DNA of 64,000 nt from Terriglobales bacterium (GCA_038229415.1 JBBROM010000004.1:210343-274342), one strand, 5' to 3'. Numbered from the stretch's first letter, positions 27,689 through 37,437 are shown. A program made the numbers and translations. The notes: generated by a model from the sequence alone, not told the origin.

Positions 27689-28189
27689 ATGCCCTTGCTG
27701 CAACGAATGTTAAAGCCGATCCTCGACCTGCTCACGCAAGGCATCACACCCGAAAAAATTGCGCTCAGCCTCGCCATCGGGATTGCGTTCGGCGTCTTCC
27801 CCATGCTCGGCACCACCACGCTGTTATGCACACTGATTGCGGTGCCTTTGCGGCTGAATCTGCCGGCGATCCAGTTGGTCAATTATTTGATGTACCCGGC
27901 GCAGATTGCTCTGCTGATTCCCTTCATCCGTTTGGGGGAGTGGTTGTGGAGCGCACCCCCGTTGCCGCTTTCGCTGTCGCAGATTCTCGCCATGGTACGC
28001 GCCGACGCCTGGCACGCCATCACCGTACTGTGGCATAGCACCATGCTGGCCGTCTCGGCATGGATTCTGGCCGCGCCCGTTTTTGTCGCGATCTTTTACG
28101 TCTGCGCCGTACCGCTGTTGCGTTACGCTGCCAGCAAGCTGGGCAAGCAGGGTTCTGCGCCCATCCTGAAACCCGAAACCGGAAGCTAG
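27689..28189 (+). CDS. DUF2062 domain membrane protein
   Basis: GITPEKIALSLAIGIAFGVFPMLGTTTLLCTLIAVPLRLNLPAIQ is the characteristic DUF2062 N-terminal block. Confidence 0.75.
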   Translation: MPLLQRMLKPILDLLTQGITPEKIALSLAIGIAFGVFPMLGTTTLLCTLIAVPLRLNLPAIQLVNYLMYPAQIALLIPFIRLGEWLWSAPPLPLSLSQILAMVRADAWHAITVLWHSTMLAVSAWILAAPVFVAIFYVCAVPLLRYAASKLGKQGSAPILKPETGS

Positions 28190-28197
28190 AAACGCTC

Positions 28198-28995
28198 ATG
28201 GACGCCTACACACTCTCGACCGGGCTACATCTGCTGGGCATCGGCGCTGCCAGCGTTATCGCGATGATGTTCATGCTGTGGCTTCTGCACCTCGCGCTGA
28301 AGAACGCCAGCGTGGTGGATCCTGGCTGGGCTTTCGGGCTCGCGCTGCTGGGCTGCCTCTATGCCGCCCTCGGCCCGGGATTCATCCTGCGCCGCAGCCT
28401 GATCGCCGCCATGGCCGCCTTCTGGGGACTGCGCCTCGGCCTACACCTGGTCCGTCGCATCTGGGGTGAGCCGGAAGAGGGTCGCTACCAGCATATGAGG
28501 AACACCTGGGGCGGGAATATCGAGCTGAAGTTCCTCGTCTTTTTTGAAGCGCAGGCGGTACTCGATATTCTGCTCTCTGTCCCCTTTCTGGTCGCCTGCC
28601 TTAACCCCGCGCCGAGGCTACACTGGCTGGAGGTCTTAGGAGTCGGGCTGTGGGCGGTGGCCGTGTTGGGCGAGTCCATTGCCGATGCTCAACTCAACGC
28701 TTTCAAGACGAATCCGGCGAACAAGGGCAAGGTTTGCCAGACCGGATTGTGGCGCTACTCGCGACACCCGAACTACTTCTTTGAGTGGCTGATTTGGGTT
28801 GCTTGGTTTGTGTTTGCTTTAGCCTCGCCATATGGCTGGGTAAGCGTTTACTGCCCGGTGCTGATGCTCTACTTCTTGTTCAAAGTTACGGGCATTCCCG
28901 CGACCGAAGAACAGTCCCTGCGATCGCGCGGCGACGCTTACCGCGAGTACCAACGCACCACCAGCGCGTTCGTGCCCTGGTTCAGGAAGGCCTAG
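28198..28995 (+). CDS. DUF1295 (steroid 5-alpha-reductase / ICMT-like) membrane protein
   Basis: The ATG at 28198 lies 9 nt after the previous stop codon. The hallmark block is GLWRYSRHPNYFFEWLIWVAW. Confidence 0.85.
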   Translation: MDAYTLSTGLHLLGIGAASVIAMMFMLWLLHLALKNASVVDPGWAFGLALLGCLYAALGPGFILRRSLIAAMAAFWGLRLGLHLVRRIWGEPEEGRYQHMRNTWGGNIELKFLVFFEAQAVLDILLSVPFLVACLNPAPRLHWLEVLGVGLWAVAVLGESIADAQLNAFKTNPANKGKVCQTGLWRYSRHPNYFFEWLIWVAWFVFALASPYGWVSVYCPVLMLYFLFKVTGIPATEEQSLRSRGDAYREYQRTTSAFVPWFRKA

Positions 28996-29012
28996 GACCC
29001 AACGACCCTTCC

Positions 29013-30089
29013 ATGCCGACACACTGGACTACCAACCTGATGGAGCGTAAACTGCTCCCCGACTGGCTGATTCGCATCGGCATTCGAAGGATGCTCGCCC
29101 AAACCCTGCGCGAGCAGGACAAAGGCTCACCTGAGGCCCAGCAAGCTTACGTGATGCAGCGTGTGGCCGAACTCAAGGCCAGCCCCATTGCAATTGCGAC
29201 CGACGCCGCCAACCGTCAGCACTACGAACTGCCACCACTATTTTTCGAACTCGCGCTCGGGCCACACCTCAAGTATTCATCAGGGTATTGGCCGCAAAAT
29301 ATTGATTCGCTTGAAGATTCTGAACAGGCAATGCTTGACCTGACCATCGCGAGAGCGAGGCTAGCCGACGGTCAGCGCATTCTGGAACTCGGTTGCGGTT
29401 GGGGCTCACTCACGCTAGAAATGGCGCGCCGCTTTCCACAGAGCCAAATCGTTGGCGTTTCCAACTCCGCGCCGCAGCGCCAATTCATTCTTGCCCGTGC
29501 CGCCCAGCGCGGTTTGACGAATATCCAAATCATTACCGCCAACATGATCGAATTTCAGGCTCCGGGAGTCTTTGATCGGGTTGTGTCTGTGGAAATGTTC
29601 GAGCATATGCGCAACTACGAGACCCTGCTGGGCCGGGTCGCGTCTTGGATGAAGCCTGATGCACTATTTTTTGTGCATATTTTCACCCACGCCCGGCATA
29701 CCTACCCATATGAAGTTCGCGACGCCTCTGACTGGATGGCCGAGCACTTTTTCACCGGCGGCATCATGCCCAGCCACGATCTTCTGCTTTATTTTCAGCA
29801 GGATGTGAGCATTCTTGAACACTGGGCCATGAGCGGCCTGCACTACCATAAGACATCCGAAGCATGGCTACAGCGGATGGACGCCAACCTCGCGGAGATC
29901 TCCGAGCTCTTCCGCCAGACCTATGGTGTAGGAGCAAGTGGTCAGCCCTTGCCGAATGGGCAAAGGGAACAGGAAACTCGCAGATGGATCGTGCGCTGGC
30001 GCGTGTTCTTTATGGCTTGTGCCGAGCTTTGGGGCTTCCGCAACGGAACCGAGTGGATGGTGTCGCATTACCTGTTTGCCCGAAGCTAG
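29013..30089 (+). CDS. Second CFA-synthase-family SAM-dependent methyltransferase
   Basis: HYELPPLFFELALGPHLKYSSGYW, SAM motif ILELGCGWGSL and SVEMFEHM. The ATG at 29013 follows the DUF1295 stop codon by 18 nt. Confidence 0.9.
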   Translation: MPTHWTTNLMERKLLPDWLIRIGIRRMLAQTLREQDKGSPEAQQAYVMQRVAELKASPIAIATDAANRQHYELPPLFFELALGPHLKYSSGYWPQNIDSLEDSEQAMLDLTIARARLADGQRILELGCGWGSLTLEMARRFPQSQIVGVSNSAPQRQFILARAAQRGLTNIQIITANMIEFQAPGVFDRVVSVEMFEHMRNYETLLGRVASWMKPDALFFVHIFTHARHTYPYEVRDASDWMAEHFFTGGIMPSHDLLLYFQQDVSILEHWAMSGLHYHKTSEAWLQRMDANLAEISELFRQTYGVGASGQPLPNGQREQETRRWIVRWRVFFMACAELWGFRNGTEWMVSHYLFARS

Positions 30090-30485
30090 GCCTGTATCCC
30101 CGAAAGTAACCCGGATACCACCTTGTAGTGCCCCACTTCTGCACTGACGTGGTATGGCGAAGCATACGACTGACGAGGCAGAATAGGTCTAGGTTCAGAG
30201 TTAAGTCATCCAGGCAAGAAGGACGTGGTTGGTAAAACTCTTTCCCCGGCAGCTTGATCGCAGCAAAACTGGCAATCGCGCGGCAGTTGTAAATTTTTCG
30301 TAAAACTAGGGACGTAAAGGAGTTACAGGATATCCCCTGAGCTGGTTCTTGCCTCTAATATTCTTGACAGGTCCTGTGGCGAGCCTCAAACTAGAAGTAC
30401 AGCAATTTTTGACGGCTGCCATCCCGAATTTTCGCTCGGAGCCATTCGAGCCACCAGTGTTTGCAACACATAGGAGCAATGATTT

Positions 30486-32831
30486 ATGCGACTCTTCAAT
30501 CGTAACGTTTCGGCAGTTCGCTCTGCCGCATTGACTATTCTCTGCGGCGCGATGCTCGCCTCTGTGGCGTTTGCAGCGAATGCCGTCCCCACGGTCAACT
30601 GGCCGACCTCGCCTTCGCAAGCCAAGGCTGGGGCCGCAGCTGGCATCACCCTTACCGTCAGCGGAACTGGCTTCGTTAGCGGCGCTACTGTCCTGTGGAA
30701 CGGCAGCGCACGGACGACCACCTTTGTGAGCTCATCCAAGGTGACCGCTTCGATCCCCAACACGGATTTTGCGACGGCTAGTACTGCCACCGTTATCGTG
30801 CAGAATCCCACCCCGGGTGGCGGCAACTCCAACCCGGTATTCTTCCAGATCGGCACCCAAGCGCCGCCGAACATGGCACGTCTGGACATTGTGACCGGCA
30901 GCGGCCCTGAAGCCGCTTCGCCGACCGACTTTAACGGCGACGGCAAGCTCGATCTAGTGGTAGCGAATTCGCCCGACAATACCGTCACCTACCTGCAAGG
31001 CAACGGCGACGGCACATACGCGGCGGGCGTGAACTATCCGGTTCCGGGATTTCCTGTCGCAGTCTCCTGCGCAGACTTCAATAAAGACGGCAAGATGGAT
31101 ATGGTGGTTGTGGATCAGCGCCTGAATGCCGTCTCGATTCTGCTGGGCAACGGGGATGGCACCTTCCTTTCTCACGTGGAATATGGCGTCGGTTCGAGCC
31201 CTTACTCGGCGGTATTTGGAGACTTCAACGGCGATGGCATTCTGGATCTAGCGGTAGCCAACCGGGGAAGCAACAATGTTTCCATCCTGCTGGGCAACGG
31301 CGACGGCACCTTCCAAACCCAGGCCACCTACAGCACCAACCTCTCGCCGCAGGCGGTTACTGTCGGCGACTTCAACGGTGACGGCAAGCTCGATTTGGCC
31401 ACGGCCAACAATGGCGCGGACGACGTCTCCATCCTGCTGGGCAACGGCAACGGCACCTTCCAGGCGAAAGTAGACTATGCCACTGCGGCTGGGCCTACCT
31501 ATATCGTCACCGGCGACTACAACAATGACGGCAAGCTCGACCTCGTCGTTTCCACTGTGTCGAATTTTGCTTCGATCCTGCTGGGGAACGGCACCGGCAC
31601 CTTTGGCGCCTTCACCAAGGCAGCCAGCGGTGCCAACAGCCAGATCATCAACCTGGGTGACTTTAACGACGACGGCAAGCTGGACATGGTCACCGCCGAT
31701 TTCAATGACAACACGCTGTCCATCCTGACCGGCAACGCGAACGGCACGTTCGGAGGCCGCGTGGTAATCCCCGTAGGTCTGAGCCCTGACTGGATCGGCG
31801 TTGGCGACCTGAACAACGACGGCAAGCTTGATCTGGTTACTGCCAACTCCAGCATCAACACGATATCAGTGCTGACTGGCACGGCCGTGACCGTATCGCC
31901 CACCGTGCTTAGCTTTGGCACACTAACCGCAGGCACCAGCAGTGCGCCGAAGGTCATCACCATCAAGAACAACGGGACCACGACGGCCACTCTGGGTACG
32001 GTGAGCATTACCGGTGCCAACGCTGGCCAGTGGACTGCCACCTCCAGCTGTCCCGGGACTCTGGCTGCTGGCGCATCGTGCAGCATTAACGCAACGTTCT
32101 CACCCACATTGTCTGGCAACTTCGTTGCCGCGATCAACATCGGCCTCGGTACGGGCGGCCAGATCATCGGTGCATTTGTGAAGGGGACGGGCAACATTCC
32201 GATTATCCTGACGCCGCGCACCTTTACTTTCGCCAATACTCTGGTGGGCGCGACATCTGCTGCGGGCGTGTTCAACTTCACCAACAACAGTGGCGTGCCG
32301 ATTACGTTCTCCAGCATCGTGTTGAGCGGCATCAATCAGGCGGACTTTGCCCAGACCACGGATTGCCCGGTCGGTTCCGGTTCGCTGGGTGCCTTCACTA
32401 CCTGCCATGTCAACGTAACCTTTACGCCTTCCGCCACCGGCAATCGCACGGTGACGCTGATCTTTACCGGCAGCTTCACTCTGGTGGTTCAGGGTTCCTT
32501 GCTGAACGGCGTAGGCACAGCGCTCAGCTTCTCGGCCTCTTCGCTGAACTTTGGCACCGTGGCCGTTGGCAGCACAACCCCCTTACCGCTGGTTATCACC
32601 AACACCAGCTCCAGCGCAGTTACGTTTAACAACGTCTCAAAGTCGGGCACCAATGCCTCTGAGTACGGCCAGAGCAACAACTGTTCGCCAAGCATTCCAG
32701 CGAATGGAAGCTGCACCATCACGGTAACCTTCAAGCCCCTCGCCGCCGGTACCCGGACAGCGACGCTGAAAGTTAGCGACTCTGACCCGACCTCGCCGCA
32801 GAGCTTTACCATGACGGGTGTTGCGCACTAG
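30486..32831 (+). CDS. Secreted IPT/TIG + FG-GAP repeat + triple choice-of-anchor-D-like domain protein
   Basis: RBS aggag and a signal peptide. An IPT-like N-domain is followed by ~7 GDFNGDGKLD...VSILLGNGDGTF repeats. Three C-terminal Ig-like modules are of the type LSFGT...G.......NNG......S..G.NA..........C.......C.....F.P. Confidence 0.9.
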   Translation: MRLFNRNVSAVRSAALTILCGAMLASVAFAANAVPTVNWPTSPSQAKAGAAAGITLTVSGTGFVSGATVLWNGSARTTTFVSSSKVTASIPNTDFATASTATVIVQNPTPGGGNSNPVFFQIGTQAPPNMARLDIVTGSGPEAASPTDFNGDGKLDLVVANSPDNTVTYLQGNGDGTYAAGVNYPVPGFPVAVSCADFNKDGKMDMVVVDQRLNAVSILLGNGDGTFLSHVEYGVGSSPYSAVFGDFNGDGILDLAVANRGSNNVSILLGNGDGTFQTQATYSTNLSPQAVTVGDFNGDGKLDLATANNGADDVSILLGNGNGTFQAKVDYATAAGPTYIVTGDYNNDGKLDLVVSTVSNFASILLGNGTGTFGAFTKAASGANSQIINLGDFNDDGKLDMVTADFNDNTLSILTGNANGTFGGRVVIPVGLSPDWIGVGDLNNDGKLDLVTANSSINTISVLTGTAVTVSPTVLSFGTLTAGTSSAPKVITIKNNGTTTATLGTVSITGANAGQWTATSSCPGTLAAGASCSINATFSPTLSGNFVAAINIGLGTGGQIIGAFVKGTGNIPIILTPRTFTFANTLVGATSAAGVFNFTNNSGVPITFSSIVLSGINQADFAQTTDCPVGSGSLGAFTTCHVNVTFTPSATGNRTVTLIFTGSFTLVVQGSLLNGVGTALSFSASSLNFGTVAVGSTTPLPLVITNTSSSAVTFNNVSKSGTNASEYGQSNNCSPSIPANGSCTITVTFKPLAAGTRTATLKVSDSDPTSPQSFTMTGVAH

Positions 32832-32857
32832 AGTCGGGTAGCTCGTAAGCACCACTC

Positions 32858-32891
32858 GGGGGAGGCATCGTATGATGCCTCCCCCTTTTTC
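32858..32891 (+). terminator. Rho-independent terminator of the 30486-32831 gene
   Basis: gggggaggcatc-gtat-gatgcctccccc followed by tttttc. Confidence 0.85.
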
Positions 32892-32990
32892 TTTGCTTGC
32901 ATTTGGAGCCGGTGCGTTTCGAGCGAACGCGACGTATGCGCGGCGCGACACTATCCTGGTTGAAACGCGCTGCACAACAACACAACAAGA

Positions 32991-33014
32991 AGCCGACCCG
33001 CGTGCGGGTCGGCT
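32991..33014 (-). terminator. Terminator-like hairpin after the YceI gene
   Basis: agccgacccg-cgtg-cgggtcggct. On the minus strand it is followed by ttcttgttgtgttg. Confidence 0.55.
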
Positions 33015-33039
33015 CAAGTGGAACGAACTCGAATCAGGC

Positions 33040-33621
33040 TTACTTCGCGGCGGGCCGCGTGGCAGCCAACTCAAGGGTGATGGCGACTTCATCCGCGACA
33101 ACGGCTCCGCCACCATCCAGTGACTTGCTCCAGCTCACGCCGAAGTCCTGGCGGTTGACTTTGGTCGTCGCCGTCGCACCAATGTTAATGCTGCCCATTG
33201 CCGAAACCTCGGGTGTCGGGCCATCCACATTCAAGACCACTTCCTTCGTCGTCCCGTGCATCGTCAGGTCGCCTTTGACCTTGAGCGCGCCACCATCCAT
33301 GTAAAACTGCTTGCTCTTGAAGGTGATGGTCGGGTACTTGGCGGCATCGAAAAAGTCCGGGCTCTTCAGGTGGCCATCGCGTTGCGGTTGACCGGTGTTC
33401 ACGGTGGAGACGTCCATGGAAGCTTCCACTTTGCTGGCGGCCAGGTTCTTGGGGTCGTAGGTGATAGTGCCGGTTACGTTCCCAAACGTTCCCTTCACGT
33501 TGGACACCATCAAGTGGCGGACGGAAAACTCCGCCGACGAGTGGGCCGTGTCAATCTTGTAGTCAGCCGCCAGCGCCATGCTGGGGATCAGGAACAGCAG
33601 TGCAGCAAGTCTCAAACGCAT
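33040..33621 (-). CDS. YceI-family periplasmic (polyisoprenoid-binding-like) protein
   Basis: A signal peptide is followed by YKIDTAHSSAEFSVRHLMVSNVKGTF and LTMHGTTKEVVL blocks typical of YceI. Confidence 0.85.
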   Translation of the reverse strand: MRLRLAALLFLIPSMALAADYKIDTAHSSAEFSVRHLMVSNVKGTFGNVTGTITYDPKNLAASKVEASMDVSTVNTGQPQRDGHLKSPDFFDAAKYPTITFKSKQFYMDGGALKVKGDLTMHGTTKEVVLNVDGPTPEVSAMGSINIGATATTKVNRQDFGVSWSKSLDGGGAVVADEVAITLELAATRPAAK

Positions 33622-33684
33622 AGTGTTTCTCCTTATGATTCAAACATCCTTGGTCAGACAAACAGTTGTTGTTGTGGACTGGAA

Positions 33685-34275
33685 TCAGGCTCCAGCCCCG
33701 TCAAGGTCTGCACTGGCTGCCGATTTATCTTCGGCAGGACAAGCATCTCGTGTTTCCCACGCCCCTCGTGCTTTGGTGAGCAAGCCAATGAGCTGCGTCA
33801 CCTCACACTCCGTCAGACGTGCCATTACCGAAACGTCCGCATCATCCATGCGAGAATCCAGTTGGGCCAGGACGCTCGATCCGTGGCAGGTGAGTGAACA
33901 GTTCACCTGCCGCCGATCCAGCGACTCGCGTTCGCGAGAAATCAGGCCCTTGGCGGCCATTTTGTCGAGCAGCCGAGTCATGGCTGGCACTCGCGTCGTC
34001 ATGCGCTCACGAATCTGACAAACCGCAGCCCCGCGGGGCCCTGCTCCTCGCAGAATTCTCAGAATGTTGTATTGCTCGGGAGTCAGGTCAAAGGGAGCTA
34101 AGGTCCGGCTTAGCGCATCCCGCAATTCGGTCGCGCTTCGGAGTACGGTATAGATCGCTTCATGTTGCGGGGAACGGAATCTGGGTCCGTGGCATGGTCC
34201 TGGCGGAGCACCTTCCGGGACAGCCGTGGCAATTGCTGCTGCACTCTGCCCGCTATCTGCCAAATCTGCCTGCAT
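33685..34275 (-). CDS. MarR-family transcriptional regulator
   Basis: Winged-helix blocks LTPEQYNILRILRGAG...ICQIRERMTTRVPAMTRLLDKMAAKGLISRERESLDRRQV. It lies 63 nt upstream of the YceI gene on the same strand. Confidence 0.85.
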   Translation of the reverse strand: MQADLADSGQSAAAIATAVPEGAPPGPCHGPRFRSPQHEAIYTVLRSATELRDALSRTLAPFDLTPEQYNILRILRGAGPRGAAVCQIRERMTTRVPAMTRLLDKMAAKGLISRERESLDRRQVNCSLTCHGSSVLAQLDSRMDDADVSVMARLTECEVTQLIGLLTKARGAWETRDACPAEDKSAASADLDGAGA

Positions 34276-34439
34276 ATCGGAATAGATGACCGGTCATACA
34301 ATTTGATGCAGAAAATTGCACCTCAGGCAAAGAATTTTGTAACTCTTTACCCTTTAAATGGTAATAGACGGCCTAGCAAGGCAGCCGGCTGCTTTTTGGG
34401 GGCCTCTGGGAACGTACGCACATATGACTTCTCCCAACG

Positions 34440-34471
34440 AAAAAGCCCTTGAGGATTGCTCCTCAAGGGCT
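34440..34471 (-). terminator. Rho-independent terminator closing the 42.6-34.5 kb minus-strand gene array
   Basis: Perfect 12-bp stem agcccttgagga / tcctcaagggct with a 4-nt loop. On the minus strand it is followed by TTTTT. It lies 22 nt after the stop codon at 34493. Confidence 0.85.
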
Positions 34472-34492
34472 CCGATTCCAAGTTGGAATGGC

Positions 34493-36220
34493 TTACTGTA
34501 GCGCATCCTGCGTAACCTTGATCGCGCAGTAGTTGTTGGACCCGCACTGGGCAGCGGTGCTGGTGGAACGCGTTCCGAAGTAGACGCCGTTGGTGCCCGG
34601 GGCGCCGCCCTTCAGGTAGTCCAGCACAAAGGCGCTGGTGCCGCCCAGCATTCCGGTTGCGGAAGCCGTCGGAGTTGCGCTGGTCGAGGTGATGGGTGTG
34701 TTGATGGACCACGAGGTCAGCAGGTTGCTGCCCGTGGTGTTGGTGCCTGTGCCCGTACCCACATAGAGACGGTCATTCGTTCCATCGGACAAGGTGACGA
34801 TGGGTGAACAGTGCCCGGCAGGCTGAGCGGAAGTGTTGACGTTCGCGTTGCCCATTAATGTCGCTGTGGTGTTCAACACGCCGCTGCCGTTGAAGTTGCC
34901 CGCGTACAGCGCTGGAACCCCCGATGTGCTGCCCGAAAGACCGCAAGCGTACAAGGAGCCGCCAGCGGGGCCGGTGGACAGGTAGTTGTTATCGAAGTTT
35001 GCGCCGAGAACATAGCCAGCAGCCGGAACGCTGCCGATCGCCAAATCCACGTGCGAGCTAAGATCGAGCGGCATCTGCGAGATGATCGGGTGAGCATTGG
35101 CCACATCCGCTGCGGACGCGATGTAAACCCAACCGTTGAACGGATCCACAGCGACCGAATCCACGATCGAGGGATTGGTGTAGCCCTTGTTTGCACCCAC
35201 CTGGATTGAGGAGGAAAGTGCAAAACCAGTGCTGCTGCTAAACGTATACGAGAAGACCTTGGCCCCATCAGAAATGTAGATTTTGCCGTGTTGGGCGTCA
35301 TATACCGGCGAAGTCAGCTGCGAATTGGTGGTCACAATCGTGCAGAAGTCTACCGTCGGCGTTCCGTTAAAAACGCCGCTGACGTGATACAGGCGACCAT
35401 TGTTGGCACCCATGAATGCTCCATCGCTGGTGTAATCAATGTAAGGGGAAGAACCGAAGTTGTCCGCCTTGAGCAGCCCCGTGCAGCCTGGGACCCTGGC
35501 ATTCGTATAGTCCAGCGAAACCAGTGCGCCCGCCGAAGGGGCAACCGAGCCCGTGGTGGCATTGGTGCCTTGGCCAGTGGTCAAGGTGAGTACCTCGAAG
35601 AGTGCGCGATGGCGGCTCACTGACGACACCACAAACGCCGCCTTCTTTCCATCCAGCGACAATTCCGGAGAAAGGAAGATGCCACCGTCATCCACGGCAT
35701 AGGAGAACGCGAAATTCGGAGCCGTGCCGGTGCAGGAGGAGCCGTTCGCTCCGGCATACAGATTGTTGAGACCAACAAGATTGGCCTGCACGCCAGCTGC
35801 CGGTGAAACCGTCCCCGGAGTAGAGATTGCAAATAAGATAAAGTCACTGGTGCAGGCACCAGGGAAGCTCGGCGTCGTGTTCGCGGTGTACTTGGCCGGG
35901 AACTCGCCTTCGGGCAAACCGCGGCTGGTTGCTTTTGGTCCTAGTGAGATGGACCATTCCACTGGCGTCGCAGGGGCTGGAGCATTGGGGCGGACTGCGC
36001 CTGACTTCAAATCGCGCAACGCCAAGGCTTGCTGCAAGCGCGGGTCCTTATTCGCTGCGACCACTGCGGCATGGCCGGAAATTGCGGGGAGTACACGATT
36101 CGTGCTCCAGCTTTGCACTGAACTGGTGGAGCGGGAGGCGGATTGTGCCGATGCACACACCGCGCTCAACAACAGCCCACAGCCAGCAAAAGCCACTAAA
36201 ACTTTTCGGGGGTTCAGCAT
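34493..36220 (-). CDS. Secreted hypothetical protein (Thr/Ser/Gly-rich, probably beta-rich)
   Basis: Strong RBS ggagga 8 nt upstream and a signal peptide (VLVAFAGCGLLLSAVCASAQ). I recognise no family. Confidence 0.75.
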   Translation of the reverse strand: MLNPRKVLVAFAGCGLLLSAVCASAQSASRSTSSVQSWSTNRVLPAISGHAAVVAANKDPRLQQALALRDLKSGAVRPNAPAPATPVEWSISLGPKATSRGLPEGEFPAKYTANTTPSFPGACTSDFILFAISTPGTVSPAAGVQANLVGLNNLYAGANGSSCTGTAPNFAFSYAVDDGGIFLSPELSLDGKKAAFVVSSVSRHRALFEVLTLTTGQGTNATTGSVAPSAGALVSLDYTNARVPGCTGLLKADNFGSSPYIDYTSDGAFMGANNGRLYHVSGVFNGTPTVDFCTIVTTNSQLTSPVYDAQHGKIYISDGAKVFSYTFSSSTGFALSSSIQVGANKGYTNPSIVDSVAVDPFNGWVYIASAADVANAHPIISQMPLDLSSHVDLAIGSVPAAGYVLGANFDNNYLSTGPAGGSLYACGLSGSTSGVPALYAGNFNGSGVLNTTATLMGNANVNTSAQPAGHCSPIVTLSDGTNDRLYVGTGTGTNTTGSNLLTSWSINTPITSTSATPTASATGMLGGTSAFVLDYLKGGAPGTNGVYFGTRSTSTAAQCGSNNYCAIKVTQDALQ

Positions 36221-36300
36221 ATTATTTTTCCTCCACGGAATTTCTGCATTCGATCAGTAATCTGATTCTCGCGCCGACAGCCAGAACATCTTAAGAACGT

Positions 36301-37437
36301 CTACGCGCTCACGCCGGATTGTGCCGCCGGCATAGATGGGATACGAATTTGCACCAACGGCACGGAAAGGCCTCCGCTGACGCCTAAAGACTGCAAGCGA
36401 AGCATATTGGCCGAAGGAATCGCGGTTCGCTGGTAGGACTTTTCACAGTCTGCCACCGAGGGGCCCCGCATATTGCCTTCCATGTACGCCAAACCTGGGC
36501 ACCGCGTGCAGGTGCCTACATGAGAACAGCCGGAACAAACCGTCAAGTCGCGCGCGCGAATTGAGCGCACTTCGTTCAGTTGGTCCGAGTGCTGCCAGAT
36601 ATCGAGAAAGCGCTGTTGGCGAACGTTGCCACTGGGTAGCGGAAACTGCACACACGGATAAACGTCACCGTACGGCGAAACATAGCAAGCCGAATGTCCG
36701 GCGCTGCACGGGATGCCATCCAAGACGTCATCATCAGGCGCGGGCGGCGGGGCGCAAAACTCCACCGAATTCCCTACTACTTCATCGTCGCGAAAAATCT
36801 TGTGCAGTTGGTCGCCAGACGCGCGCAGCGCCAGCAGGGAGCGGTCCCCATCCATCTTGGGCGTAATCGTTGGGTCGAGCTGATAGCCGACGCCGAGCTC
36901 TTCTGCAAGTTTTTTCGCGCCCAGATAGTCGTCGGCGTTGTGCGTCATCAGCACATTGGCGATGGTGACTTTGAGGCCCTGTTCCTTCAGGAATTTGATC
37001 GCCCGTACGGTGCGTTCCCACGAACCCTTCACCAGGGTGATGGCATCATGTACTTCGGCGCGGTGGGAGTAGACGCTGATGTTGATCTGTTCCACACCCA
37101 GTTCGCGCAACTGCTGCGCCTGTTTTTCCTTGATCAGCACCGCATTCGTCTTGACCTTGACGTTGAACAGCAGCTTGCGGGCATAGGCGACCAGCTCAAG
37201 GAAATCCTTGCGCAGAAAAACTTCGCCGCCGCTAAAGGTGAGGAAGAATGTACCTGCCGCCGCCAGCTCGTCCAGCAAATGCTTGATCTCGTCGGTGGTC
37301 ATCTCGCCGTGGTCATCATGGTCGAGATAGCAGTGGACGCAACGCTCATTGCAGCGGTAGGTCACATCCACATGGACATTGATCGGGACACCGTATCCGA
37401 TGGCCTTCTGCGACATTTCTCCGATCAGTTGACCCAT
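36301..37437 (-). CDS. Radical SAM / SPASM-domain peptide maturase
   Basis: The CxxxCxxC cluster is in VTYRCNERCVHCY. The C-terminal SPASM-type Cys-rich region is CSAGHSACYVSPYGDVYPC...CSGCSHVGTCTRCPG. Confidence 0.9.
   Translation of the reverse strand: MGQLIGEMSQKAIGYGVPINVHVDVTYRCNERCVHCYLDHDDHGEMTTDEIKHLLDELAAAGTFFLTFSGGEVFLRKDFLELVAYARKLLFNVKVKTNAVLIKEKQAQQLRELGVEQINISVYSHRAEVHDAITLVKGSWERTVRAIKFLKEQGLKVTIANVLMTHNADDYLGAKKLAEELGVGYQLDPTITPKMDGDRSLLALRASGDQLHKIFRDDEVVGNSVEFCAPPPAPDDDVLDGIPCSAGHSACYVSPYGDVYPCVQFPLPSGNVRQQRFLDIWQHSDQLNEVRSIRARDLTVCSGCSHVGTCTRCPGLAYMEGNMRGPSVADCEKSYQRTAIPSANMLRLQSLGVSGGLSVPLVQIRIPSMPAAQSGVSA

Noticed and set aside
30363-30400. TTGACA hexamer as the promoter of the 30486 gene
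   Set aside because: No acceptable -10 hexamer lies at 16-19 nt spacing (caaact/aaacta only), so I could not support a promoter call.
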